Source: Octopus sinensis (Eukaryota). From it: DNA of 64,000 nt. The position numbers were made by a program, and so were the translations under genes. The notes under the pieces are model-generated. The model worked only from the letters and a program-made list of their open reading frames with translations, did no database searches and was not told where the DNA came from. This document shows, in pieces, positions 24,940 through 37,300 of this stretch. Numbering within the stretch: the stretch's first letter is position 1; each line of letters starts with the position of its first letter. The stretch spans positions 50,034,001 to 50,098,000 of the forward strand of contig NC_043002.1 in NCBI RefSeq assembly GCF_006345805.1, given 5' to 3'.

Positions 24940-25440
24940 CAAATGTCACCTTCCTTTTACTTTGAATCCGTATAGTCGCAAGGCCGAAAATTTCCAGTAC
25001 TAGAGGTAATTAGGCAGCAGCCGATTCTGGTTTCTTCACACTTGAGATGGCTCAACAAGAAGGCCATCTGTTGAGAAAAGCCTTCTCATTTCTACACTTC
25101 TTACACTCATCAAAACTCATCCAAAGCTTTCATTGTTCCACACTGTGTGCAACTACTACATTCACATAGCTCTGAAGTATAGACTACATTGATAATCCTC
25201 CACAACCCATGAAAATAACTGATCTCAATGCTATTCCTTACGTCATCATCAGATAGTGCATACCAGAGCTTTCGCCTATCATCCCCAAACATTTCACTCT
25301 CTATGCAGGAAGAGTCTTTATTCCAGTATTTTTCAAAGCTCATAACAATGTATCTGTATCTAAAAAGAGCCATCACTTTGACCCCTGTGAATTACCAATT
25401 TTTTGTACACACTTCTGATGACATTTGGCAACTCATGAAA
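24940..25440 (-). mobile_element. Highly degenerate RTE-type RT remnant
   Basis: IHRG..VMAL...IVM (cf. VHQGSVLSPLLFIIVM), KLWYALSDDDV (cf. ELLYADDL), LPL...KVKGR (cf. LLPL...RVKGRLY). Confidence 0.5.
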
Positions 25441-25609
25441 TGGTAACTGTTGTCAATATTCTCCTTCATCACCTTTGTTTTCTCTCTTTCTCTCTCTTCT
25501 TCTTCTTCTTCTTCTTTCCTCTCTTTCTCTCAGTCACCAGTATGGCTTTTGTAGTGCCCAGGTCTACCTAGGTCTGCTTTGTCACTTTCCAATAATCCCT
25601 CACCTTTGA

Positions 25610-25810
25610 GAAAAAGCTATTTTAATGCCCTTATAATCCACAAAGCTTTTGGCTGAGTCCTAGCTAAATTACCTACATATGGTCTATGTCTATCTCTTAT
25701 TTTCTGGATTGGATGCTTTCTTGTCATAAAGTGTGCTGGTGAAGATTTCTCTGACCCCCATTTTTAAACATTGGTGTACACCAAGGTTTGGTTATATCTC
25801 CTACGCTCAA
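25610..25810 (+). mobile_element. Degenerate RTE-type RT remnant on the opposite strand
   Basis: GGTGTACACCAAGGTTTGGTTATATCTCCTACGCTC translates to GVHQGLVISPTL, preceded by decayed KAF..VP-like sequence. Confidence 0.5.
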
Positions 25811-27210
25811 AGTATATTGACAATCTACTTGTCATCATTTCTGACTGCACATACTCCTACACAACTGCTACCACATTTCATTTCTTCTTGACTGTCCACT
25901 TGCAGGTGTGATCCACATGCAGGTATGATCCATGTACAGGTGTGATCCACATGCAAGTTGAGAAACACTGAATCTGAGAACAGGCATCATCTTGTCTCTT
26001 TCAATAGCACAAATGCTTAAACATTAAAACTCTTGCATCTCATACTCCTTGTTATAAATGATCATACAGTAAAATGAAACTCAGAATTGCTACAAAATAT
26101 TTAGAATTGCACCCTGTCTTCTTCAAAGAAGTTAGGACATTTAATGTTTTTTGATCATAGCATTGTTTGATCAGGGTTCTATCTTGAATCAATCTACAGA
26201 CCTCTGGGTTACGGGACTATCACTTTGACACTTTGGCTAAATCCAAGCCTCTGATGAAATCTCTGTGTGATGAATCAATATGAGCTGACCGTTTATCATA
26301 CGTCTGCTTGATCACAGGTCACGTGGGTTGACCTTTCACCATACGTTTGCTTGATCAGGGGTCATTTACACTAACGTAACCTGTGAGAGCAATAACCAAC
26401 AACTTATTCTGAATCCTGTAAATAAATAAGAATAAGAATAAAGGAATGTGTGAGTGAGTGAATGAATGAATGAATGGATGGATGGATGAGTGCCTGCTTG
26501 ATAAATTACTATTAAAAGTCAGTGTTAATCTCAGACCAAACATTATTTTCTGTTGTAGTGGTTATTGTTGCTGTAGAAGTGGCAGTAGGTGTTGTGATAC
26601 TAGGTATTGTTGTTGTGATACAGCATCTCATTGCCACACCTTTTCATTCTACCTTTTCTTCTGATATTTAAAAACAAAAAGGCAAAAAAAAAAAAAAAAC
26701 CGAAACAAAACAAAAAAAAAAGACTTAAACAATAATTTTCTTGTTTGTTATTATGGATGTCAAAATAGTTAGCTAATTATGATTTTGTTGTGCTGTCCAC
26801 CGCGATGTGCTGACAACTATTTAATTAATGACGGCGATAATTATCGAACATTCCGTGTCAACTTGTCACTTACTGTTATCACACGCATGCAGACACAGAT
26901 GCACCTATAAACACACACACACACTCACACGCATACGGACACACCTACTCACACTCGTTCACTATTTCATGTATAATACATGCGCCTCATATAGGACAAT
27001 TGTCCTGTCTAGAAATATGCGAGTACACATGCACGCATGCACAAATACACATGTACACATGCATAAATTTGCCTCTACCTGTGTGTGTGTGTGTGTGTGT
27101 GTGTATGAGTGCATGCGCGTGTGTAGATATATGTGGGTGAGTGTGCTTATGAAAGTCAACACATTTAATTATCAAAATATATAGTTGTCATTATTTCTCT
27201 CTCTCTTTCT

Positions 27211-27620
27211 CTGTGGTAAGAAGCTTGCTTCCCAACCACATGGTTCTGGGTTCAGTCCCACTGTGTGGCACCTTGGGCAAGTATCTTCTACTATAGCCTC
27301 AGGCTGATCAAAGCCTTGTGAGTAGATTTGGTTGATGGAAACTGAAAGAAGCCTATTGTGTGTGTATATATATATATATATGTATATATATTTGTGTGTG
27401 TATGTCTTTGTGTCTGTGTTTGTCCCTCCTACCATCACTTGATGACTGAAGTTTATGTTTACGTCCCCGTAACTTTTGCCGGTTCGGCAAAAGAGACCGA
27501 TAGAATAAGTACTAGGCTTACAAAGAATTAGTCCTGGAGTCAATTTCTTTGACTAAAAAGCCTCTTAAGGCAGTGCTGCAGCATGGCTGCAATCAAAATG
27601 ACTGAAACATGGAAAAGACT
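27211..27620 (+). mobile_element. SINE family A, near full length
   Basis: Matches the family A consensus inferred from other copies. Confidence 0.88.
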
Positions 27621-27766
27621 ATAAGACATATACATAAACATACCTGTATACAAGTTGGAAACTTGATGTAACCAGACAATTTTAACAACTTGCTTTTAAC
27701 TTCAACTAAAACTTGATTTGTACCTGTGTCATTTCCTGGAGATTTAGTATTCTAACGTTGTCATTG

Positions 27767-28183
27767 ATGCAGGTGTGGCTGTGTGGTAAGAAGTGTGCTT
27801 CCCAACCATATGGTTCCCGGTTCAGTTCTACTTCATGATGCTTTGGGCAAATCACTTCTTCTATCATCCTGGGATGGCCAAAGCCTTGTGTGTAAATTTG
27901 GTTGGCGAAAATCGGAAAAACCCCATTGCATGTGTGTGTACTTGCTGTGACATAGTGTGATAGTTGAAAAATGATATTACTATCATATAAGCAGCATTCA
28001 TTTCAAGTATTCTGCAATAACATGCTTGGCCCTTTGGTGGGGGGGGAATTATTAATATGCTGGGGAACTGGTAAGGGTTGGCAACAGGAAGAGTATCTTC
28101 AGCCCATAGAAAGTCTTTCTCAGTACATTCCATCCAACCCATACAAGCATGTCAAAGTAGATAGTAAAATGGTGATGTTGATA
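27767..28183 (+). mobile_element. SINE with family A head and alternative RTE-like tail, diverged
   Basis: A head and core, then GGTAAGGGTTGGCAACAGGAAG...CAACCCATACAAGCATG. Confidence 0.65.
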
Positions 28184-28664
28184 ATATCAGATGTTTACTA
28201 GTAATAAATCTCACGACAAAGTTTTGAAATAATTCAATTTTCAAAGTTATCTTTTTTTGTGTATTTTTTTTTCAGAACAGGTGTTACAATCTTAACCCCA
28301 TACTTAACACAGTGTCAGTGTAAATATTATATATCTCAACTTTAGCTTTAATTAGTATTTGATTTAATTAGGTATTTCATTTTACAAAAGGTAGACCCCC
28401 CTCCCCTCCCCCCCCCCGCTACTAAAAAAAAATAAAACCTAATACAGTCTTCTAGCTGCCACAAACCTTGTTATTAGTTGAAGCTACTGATAGTTTATGC
28501 CCTAGATAGACAAATTCTACTACTTGCTTTATAGGCCTTCTGTAAATTTATACTGTGGTTTGTCTGTGTTATCTGGTGTTGTCACTCTCTTCGTCATGTC
28601 ATGATTAATTGGGAGACCCACTTTTTTGCACTTGCTGTTATGTGATTTATAAAAATGCATACAT

Positions 28665-29215
28665 GTGTACAACTGTGGAAGTTGGCTGCTCTGCAGATGT
28701 CAACATAAAGCTAAAGATTAGCGAGAAAGAAAATACCTATGTTGAACTATTGAGAAATTTACAGTTACTCTGTCCAGATTACAAGTTCAGGTTTATACCT
28801 ATAATCATTAGGACACTAGAGTATGTAACACACTGCCTAAATACCAATCTTGAGAAATTTGGCTTTTCAAAACCAGAAAGGAGAAAGCTGATTCAAAGAC
28901 TACAGATCCAAGGCCATCAGTGGAACTGTAAAAATCTGTATAACTTTCCAGAAGTTTATCATTTAGATATATATGAGCACGTCTAGACATGCAATTATAT
29001 GTATGAGAATACATACATAAAACAAAACATACAAATCTGCACATATACATACATACGTGCAGATTTGTATGTTTTGTTTGTATGTATGTATGTACATACA
29101 TACACACACACCCTGTTGATGTTGAAATTCCAATGAAGGAGTCTAGGTTAGAAACTGGCTCTTTCTCTATTGGCAAGAAATCTTGAAATAAAACTGAATA
29201 ATGACATACATACAT
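28665..29215 (+). mobile_element. 3' end of a restriction-like-endonuclease non-LTR retrotransposon (NeSL/R4-like) plus 3'UTR
   Basis: VEVGCSADVNIKLKISEKENTYVELLRNLQLLCPDYKFRFIPIII..., then after a frameshift ISGTVKICITFQKFII*. The UTR matches 62980-63140 (-). Confidence 0.8.
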
Positions 29216-29607
29216 ACATAACTGTGTGGATAGGAAACTCACTTTGCAACAATGTGGTTTTGGGTTCAGTCTTACTGTGCAGCACCTTGGGCAAATACCT
29301 TTTACTTCAGCGTTGGTTGATCAATGCATTGTGAATGAATTTGATAGATAAAAACTGTGAGAAAACTTGTCATGTGTGTTTGTGTGTGTGTGTATCCCAC
29401 CACTTGGCAACCAGTGTTAGTTTGTTTATATCCCTTTAACTTAGCAGTTCAGCCAAAAAAAAAACATTAGAATATGTACCAGACTTTAAAAAATAATAAT
29501 AAATACTGCTATCAATTTAAAAGAAATTTTTGCTTTTATTAAAACCTTCAAAGAATTTTCCTAGGGAGCGTTACTGTCAAATGACTGCAACAAGTAAAAG
29601 ATGCAAG

Positions 29608-29668
<61 letters not shown>

Positions 29669-30019
29669 ATATATAGTAAGCCCTGATCAGGAAGGCCTAT
29701 GAACAAAACTGTACAAGCTGTAGCTGCCCCAAACTTTTACTTAATCAGTATATTTAGAAATACAATATCAAGTAAGACCCTTTTCAGACCACTTATAAGG
29801 TATGATCTGTGTATGAAATGACTGCTGTTTCTGAAAGGTCAAGTGATTACATAGAAGCCTCCTTTCTGTTTTTGAATTTGTCTGTGGTTAGATTTACTTA
29901 TGTAATTATAAGTTAAATGAAATGCTTGCGTGTACATTGTGTTTGATGAAAGGCTCAAATGAGACAGAGGGACAGAAACAGGTGTCTTACTGTAGAGGAG
30001 GCACATGGCTACCCAACCA

Positions 30020-30110
30020 GATATATATATATATATGTATACATATCCATGTATATATGTAAGTGTGTGTTTATATATATATATATATATATATGTGCGT
30101 GTGTGTGTTC

Positions 30111-30152
<42 letters not shown>

Positions 30153-30440
30153 TTATGTGTGTGTGTGTTTATATATGTGTGTGTGTTTATATGTGTGTGT
30201 TTATATGTGTATGTGGGTATATATATATGTATACACACAAACACATATCTACATGCACTCTATAGGTGTGTATATACAAAATTACACATCACAGCAAATA
30301 CACTTACACAAAGGGACACACATCTCACACATACAATCTAGATGCACATACAATCTAATTGGTTAGATTATTTTTTTGGTGTGTCTATGAAGATGTGCGT
30401 GCACACACACATGCACACAGCTCTCTCTGTCTCACATGTG

Positions 30441-30470
<30 letters not shown>
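30020..30470. repeat. Compound (TA)n/(TG)n/(CA)n microsatellite block
   Basis: Directly visible; explains overlapping YI/CV/HT ORFs. Confidence 0.95.
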
Positions 30471-30475
<5 letters not shown>

Positions 30476-30962
30476 GGATTTGCTCATTACAACTTCAAAA
30501 TAGTCACTTTACCAACATTGTATACAAACTTCCTTCCACATGCATTTTTCTATGTGCACATACATGTGCACACACATTTTTGCATACTTTGTTGCTCACA
30601 GCACCTAATGAAAATGTCACTTAAAACACACGTGCTTACTCTTTCTCCACATGCATCCTTATGCACACACACACGCACACATTCATTCATTGTTTTCATT
30701 CATTAAACACATTCACTCTGTACCCTTTGCCGTGGCAACTAAAATGGTCAGAGGTCGTTTTTAGCAACCCACCAAACTCCAGGAAGATTCTTCTCTGTTT
30801 ACTGCCATGATTTATTGCCTACCATCAATTTAAATCATTTTAATCGGTGCTGGCATTTGTCTATTGATATTTTTCTCCTGCATAAAACCTAACATAGCTG
30901 GCACTATTCTTTAAGTCTTGTTAAATCACTTTTGTTGCTTTTGAATGCTGGAAACATTTTGT

Positions 30963-32008
30963 TTATTGCACTACAGAACTTCCATACAATGGAGAGGTGG
31001 GCGGAGCAGAAATGGAGATGTGGAAATGTTCTGGAGATTTCTTTCCTTGTGGTCTTTTCACTTTACCATTCTTTCACTCCATGTTACTTATTTATTCATT
31101 TTTTGTAATTTTCATCATTTTTTGTTTTTTTCTTGAAGTATTGAGATTTACTTAGAATAAACAAGTAAAATTATTACACTATGAACATTCTATACAATCG
31201 GAGCAATACAATGTCTTATTCCTATCATGTTATAGTGTAGAATTTGTTGTGAGTATAAGTTCTTACTTTTGTTACTGTACATTAATATTCTTGCTACATG
31301 CATGTGACTTTATTACACTACCGGACTTCCATACAATTGACACAGCTTTTATTTATTTATGTTTTAAAAACTGTACTTGATTTTCTCGGTAGAGAGCAAT
31401 GAATTTATACGTTAGGGCTTCCATACAGATGGGGAAACTAGAATTAATGTTTGCAGAAACACAGAATATCTTACACACACACACACACACATGGAAGGAA
31501 ATGTACTACACTACAGGATTTCATACAGTAAAGGAAATTCAGAGGAAATTTATTACACCGCTTGAATCCCTTATAATATATGATCGATCATCAAATTTAA
31601 AATGTTGAAATATATTTCCATTGTACAAGATTTCCATAGTTTATATATAAATATATATGTATAGTATAGTATTTATAACACAACAGGATTTCCACTCGAT
31701 AAGAGAGCCTTATATATCATCACAAACAACAACACCATCATCATCATCATGGAAAATAGATGGGTCACTCTCTCAATACAGCTTGTCTCCATCTGCAGCA
31801 ATCTTTGGCATCTCGTTTGCAAGGTTAAGCATCCAGAGATCAGCTCTCAACCACTGATGTCCTTGTTTAACTTTGGTCCTTCCTTTTGCCGAGTACTCCT
31901 TTTTCTTGCGTCATTTCACATTTTGTCCCTGTAACTATTGTTATTATCTTTATATTTATGCTATTGATTTTCAGTCATTATTATTACATTCAAGGTCTTC
32001 CATACAAT
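30963..32008 (+). repeat. Array of ~9 copies of a 28-nt motif (consensus TTATTACACTACAGGACTTCCATACAAT) with unique spacers
   Basis: Copies at 30963, 31171, 31310, 31404, 31504, 31550, ~31624, 31673 and 31981; six are exactly 28 nt without indels. Confidence 0.85.
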
Positions 32009-32039
32009 GAAAGGAAATCTTTTACTTTGATAAAAATTG

Positions 32040-32410
32040 AACTAAATATTATTTGCCTTTACCTTCTGAGTTCAAATTCTGCTGAGATCAGCTTTGATTT
32101 CCATTGTTTCTGGGTCAATTGAATAAGTACCAATTGAAGACTGGGTTTGATATAATTAACTCACTCCTCCTTGAAACTGCTGGCCTTATGCCAAATTTTG
32201 AAACCATTATTATAGTGATAATTTTTATTAATTATTATTTTGCCTGTCGCTATCTTCTGTGTTCAAATTCCACCAAGGTTGACGTTACCTTTCATCATTT
32301 AGGGGTCGATAAATTAACTACCAGTCAAGTACTGAGTGTCAGTGTAATTGACTAGTCCCCTCCCACAAAATTTCAAGCCTTGTGTCTACAGTAGAAAGGA
32401 TTATTATTAT
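32040..32410 (+). mobile_element. Two tandem SINE family C copies (32040-32215; 32240-32410)
   Basis: TTCTGAGTTCAAATTC B-box segment, TTTCATCATTTAGGGGTCGATAAATT core and GAAAGGATTATTATT tail. Confidence 0.75.
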
Positions 32411-32943
32411 TTTATTGTCTTTGCACAGCTTCTAATGCTGGAGATATACTATGGTTTCAACTGTTCACTACCAGTGAACTAAGGTAACACCTGTTATTTT
32501 TTGAGCACTATCTGGAGTATTTGGGCAGTTCCAAACAGTGCTTGGAACCACTCATTATTATTATTAATATGAAATTGGCATAATCATTTAGCCCCTAGTA
32601 GAAAGGATTATTATAATTTTCTTAAGCACACACACTCACAAGCATGTATGCATGTACACATTCGTACATGGAACTTATTTTGCGGTCTGTCTTTACATTG
32701 CAATACTGCCAAATCATTGGTGTTATTTTTTATTACTCTATTAGCATAGCTATTTGGTTTAGACGTTTGCTTCCCAACCACATACTTCCAGGTTCAGTCC
32801 CACTGCATGGCACCTATGAAAGCTCCTGGCTGATCAAAGCCTTGTGAGTGGCTTTAGTTAAAAGTTGAAAGAAGCCCATCATGGGACCACACATATAAAT
32901 TCCATCCAAGGGTTATTGTTATTATTACTATATATATATATAC

Positions 32944-32978
<35 letters not shown>

Positions 32979-32979
<1 letters not shown>

Positions 32980-33279
32980 CACCGTGATTGACCAGGCTAT
33001 CAGATGTTGCTACACATCGCCGGTCACAATGCGCTTCACATTGTTTTAGCCTTCAAATGACGCCACCCCGCTGGCTAAGTGAGGAGGCCAACAGGAGAAA
33101 GAGAGAGGGAAAGTTGTGGCAAAAGAAAACAGCAGGGATCACCACCAACCCCTGGCAGAGCCTTGTGGAGCTTTTAGGTGTTTTTGCTCAATAAACACTC
33201 ACAATGCCCGGTCTGGGAATTAAAACCACGATCCTACGACCTTGAGTCCGCTGCCCTAACCACTGGGTTATTGTGCCTC

Positions 33280-33280
<1 letters not shown>
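32979..33280 (-). mobile_element. tRNA-derived SINE family E, tail type 1
   Basis: Aligns over its length with 6850-7150. Confidence 0.9.
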
Positions 33281-33318
<38 letters not shown>

Positions 33319-33337
33319 CGCATATATATGTATATAT

Positions 33338-33750
33338 AGGCGCAGGAGTGGCTGTGTGGTAAGTAGCTTGCTAACCAACCACATGGTTCCGGGTTCAGTC
33401 CCACTGCGTGGCATCTTGGGCAAGTGTCTTCTGCTATAGCCCTGGGCTGACCAATGCCTTGTGAGTGGATTTGGTAGACTGAAACTGGAAGAAGCCCGTC
33501 GTATATATGTATACATATGTATATGTATGTGTGTGTGTTTGTGTGTCTGTGTTTGTCTCCTCACCATCGCTTGACAACCGATGCTGGTGTGTTTACGTCC
33601 CTGTCACTTAGCGGTTCGGCAAAAGAGACCGATAGAATAACTACTGGGCTTACAAAGAATAAGTCCCGGGATCGATTTGCTCAACTAAAGGCGGTGCTCC
33701 AGCATGGCTGCAGTCAAATGACTGAAGCAAGTAAAAGAGTAAAAGAGAGT
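33338..33750 (+). mobile_element. SINE family A, full length, low divergence
   Basis: GGCGCAGGAGTGGCTGTGTGGTAAGTAGCTTGC...GGTTCAGTCCCACTGCGTGGCATCTTGGGCAAGTGTC...GTAAAAGAGTAAAAGAG. Confidence 0.93.
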
Positions 33751-34111
33751 ATAGTAATAATAGCAGTAACCCTTGGATGGAATTTATAACTACTTTAATG
33801 CATCACTACATGCATTTCCACTAATCACATGTCCCTTAAGATCACAGTCAGTATTCCTGGGATTCTTAAGATCACAGTTCATATCCCAGCAGCCCAAATT
33901 GTGATATAAAGTGACTTGTGATTTGCAGAAATGTGCATAGTGATTCATTAAATGTTTATAAATTTCATCCAAGGATTTAATTACTATATTTATCCTATTT
34001 TATATCAGTACAGCTTGGTGTGACCCGCAAAAACTGGTTCACCAGTCAGCATAATTAGACTGTAGCTGGCTTAATGGAATAGGTACTTTATTTGCATATT
34101 CAAAACGTTTC

Positions 34112-34464
34112 CCAGCTTGCTTAGCTACCACATGGTTTCAAGTTCAACCCCACTGCATGGCACCTTGGGCAAGTGTCTTCTTCTATAGCCGAACAAAGCC
34201 TTGTGAGTGGATTTGGTAGATGGAAAACTGAAAGAGGCCAATCGTATATATATATGTGTGTGTGTGTTTGTGTCTCTGTCTTCCCCCTCCCCAACATCGC
34301 TTGATATCCGATGCTGGAGTGTTTACATCCCCATAACTTAGTGGTTTGGCAAAAGTGACCGATAGAATAAGTACTAGGCTTACGAAGAACAAGTCCTGGG
34401 GTTGATATGCTCAACTAAAGGCGGTCCTCTAGCATGACTGTCATCTAATGACTGAAACAAATAA
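34112..34464 (+). mobile_element. SINE family A, 5'-clipped
   Basis: Matches family A from the A-box region to the tail. Confidence 0.87.
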
Positions 34465-34872
34465 TATATATATATATATATATATCATTTAATACACACT
34501 GTATTGAAATAAAAGCTATTAATAGTTTCTTGCCATTAAGACATGTGGTTAGGAACATTATGAAAACCTGCTTAACCTTGTATTTTACTGGATGGGGTGC
34601 TTATTTTTTTGTCCATCTTACCTTAATGGAACAGTAAAGGATACATATATATTTGTGTGGTGTGTGTGAGTTTATGTATGTTTGTGTTACTGTCATACAT
34701 GCAGTGTTATTCATTTCCATTTCTCTGTGAGAACATGTCTAGCCATGGAGAAATATTTCGTTGCCCGGAAACAGGTAAGGGTCGGCAACAAGAAAGACAT
34801 TTGGCCATAGAAAAATTTGCCTCAATAATCTCCTTTCAATCCATTTACGCACAGAAAAGTAGATGTCAAAAT

Positions 34873-35258
34873 GATGGAGTGGCTGTGTGGTAAGTAGCTT
34901 GCTTACGAACCACATGATTCTGGGTTCAGTCCCACTGTGTGGCACCTTGGGCAAGTGTCTTCTGCTATAGCCTCGGGCCGACCAAAGCCTTGTGAGTGGA
35001 TTTGGTAGACGGAAACTGAAAGAAGCCCATCGCACATATATATGTGTGTATGTATATGTTTGTCCTCCCCCAACATCGCTTGACAACCGATGCTGGTGTG
35101 TTTACGTCCCTGTAACTTGCAGTTTGGCAAAAGAGACCGATAGAATAAGTACTAGGCTTACAAAGAATAAGTCCCGAGGTTGATTTGCTCGACTAAAGGT
35201 GGTGCTCCAGCATGGCCGCAGTTAAATGACTGAAACAAGTAAAAGTGAGTAAAAGAGT
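34873..35258 (+). mobile_element. SINE family A, full length, preceded by an RTE-like tail fragment (34690-34872)
   Basis: Matches 33338-33750. Confidence 0.9.
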
Positions 35259-36429
35259 ATATAGACGAGGTGGAACAGGATGTTGTGATGTTCATGTCTT
35301 TCTTTTAAATGTATTAATTATGAAAAGGAAACCAATTCCAAGGAGCTCTTTTTTTGTTTTTTTATCAGATTCTGCTCATGGTTTATTAAGGGGTCTGTCC
35401 AATGAGTGATAAAGGGTTTCTTTTCTTTTCCAATTGTGCTTTTGCGGAACACAGAGTAGAGGGAAGTGCAGAGATAGATATCTATTCATTAATCTTATAC
35501 AGATTGATAGATTCGTCATCATATTTATTATTCTTATGCAAGAATGTAGTTAACAGTGTCTTGGAATTTTGGCTGGCTGAGCCATCGTCAGATAACCCAT
35601 CAAATTAACGTAAAATCGTTAAGAGGTAAAATTGTTTTGTATTGTTTTTATGAACATAAAAAAGAAGAAAAACAACATTAGTACAGACAGACAGACAGAG
35701 TGGTTGATTGGTTTAGATTTAGTGTATTTGTGTGTGTTATTGCTTGACTTAAGTCAAACTTAGTTTAACATATACCTTGGTGATGTAAAAATTCAAATCG
35801 GTCCTTATGGGTTTTGAACTTAGAAAGCGAAAGTACCACATCAGAATACAGCATGGCCCATCACAAATTAGTGTCTGAAGCAACAGATGATGATGATGGT
35901 GGCAATAAAACAGAAACTGAAGTCTGTGGGTATGTGTGGCTTGGAAGCATGGAAGAGATAGCGGCGGGGTTGGGGGTGGGAGGAAATGGGGGTGGGGGGG
36001 TTATGATTTGTTATGGATAAACATAAATTACACTGATTACAAAGTTAATGGCATCTTGTTACTTGTCTTTTCCTTCAGTAATTGACAAGTTGTTGTAGTG
36101 GTGGTGGTGGTGACGGGGAGGAGGAAGAGAAGAGTGGGTAGAGTTGGGATGCTGGAATGGAGCTAATGAAGAAGAACTAAACAAACATGAAAACAGATCT
36201 TTGTTGCTTCATCTCGATTTGTTTCTTTTTTTGTGCGTGTGTGTATGTGTGTGTACGCGCACGTGTGTGCACACATTCATACATATACATACTGTTTTCT
36301 TGTTATTTACTAGATTTTTTATTTATTTTTGCCATTGTTGTTTGTCTCACTCTAACCCCCACCCTTCCACCTCCCCTAATCTCCATCATCTGATTCATAA
36401 TTTATTGATGTAAAAATAAATAAATAAAT

Positions 36430-36460
<31 letters not shown>

Positions 36461-37062
36461 TAAAAAAGAGGGTGAAAAATGTTTGGTAAGAATGGTAAAT
36501 GTTGCTTCGAAATTGGAGATTAATCTTCAGGTAAAGTGTGGTGGTAGGCAAAATCTTGGTTAAAGAAAACAAAACCCAAAAAAAAAAAACAAAAAAAAAA
36601 CAAATCAGAACAAAACCAAAAAACCCTCAAAGAAACAAAAAGCATTTTTCATTTCATGGTGCGTGTGTGCATGTCTGTGTGTGTGTGTGGTGTGTGTGTG
36701 TTGCAAAATTAGTTTCAAAATTTGTGTGTGTGTGGGAGACGACGGAGTCATTGGTGAACCAACACAAGGCATTTGATATCTTTCCACTTATCTACCTGTT
36801 GTCTGTTTGTCTATCTATCGTTTATCAATTTATCAAATCTTATCTCTCTCTATCTACCGATTTATCTATCTGGCTACCTACCTAGCTACCTGTCTATCTA
36901 CTTCTGTCTACCTTTTTATCTACCTGAATTTCTTTCTGTATTGCAGCTATGTGTTTCTTAATCTGCCCACCCATCCACACATCTATTTATCTGCCTCCTT
37001 GTCAATCTCTCTGTCTGTCTGTTAATCTGTCTGTATGTCTGGCTATCTTTCTGTCTGTCTTT

Positions 37063-37101
<39 letters not shown>

Positions 37102-37300
37102 ATTAAGGTGGTTTACTCGTATTTTACAACCAAAAGGTACGAGTATAGAAAGTCACTAAGGATGCTTGTCAGCTTTGCTAGAAATAAGAGTCAGAACTAC
37201 TCTTAGCCATGGGGAAGCACTTATATCTAATGACTGACGAGAGAGATGAGCTTCCTACAATATTATTCATAGTAAGTTCAAAGTTTCAGCTTGCTTAGCC

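Noticed and set aside
25110-25376. 88-aa Cys-containing ORF as a host exon
   Set aside because: Its peptide and flanks follow the order of decayed RTE RT motifs, and there are no convincing splice sites.
24940-25830. Twin-priming 5' inversion of a single LINE
   Set aside because: Both oppositely oriented pieces include the same HQG-type region, so they are not complementary halves of one transcript.
28255-28285. Micro-exon TTTTCAG|AACAG|GTGTTA
   Set aside because: Weak donor and a 5-nt length; cannot be distinguished from chance.
30963-32008. CRISPR array or miRNA cluster interpretation of the 28-nt motif array
   Set aside because: Eukaryotic context, no cas genes, and spacers range from ~20 to 280 bp. 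Only one copy (31171) has a partial complementary arm (31227-31239), so pre-miRNA hairpins are not supported. A loose resemblance of the reverse strand to miR-71 (GGTAGTG) does not include the seed.
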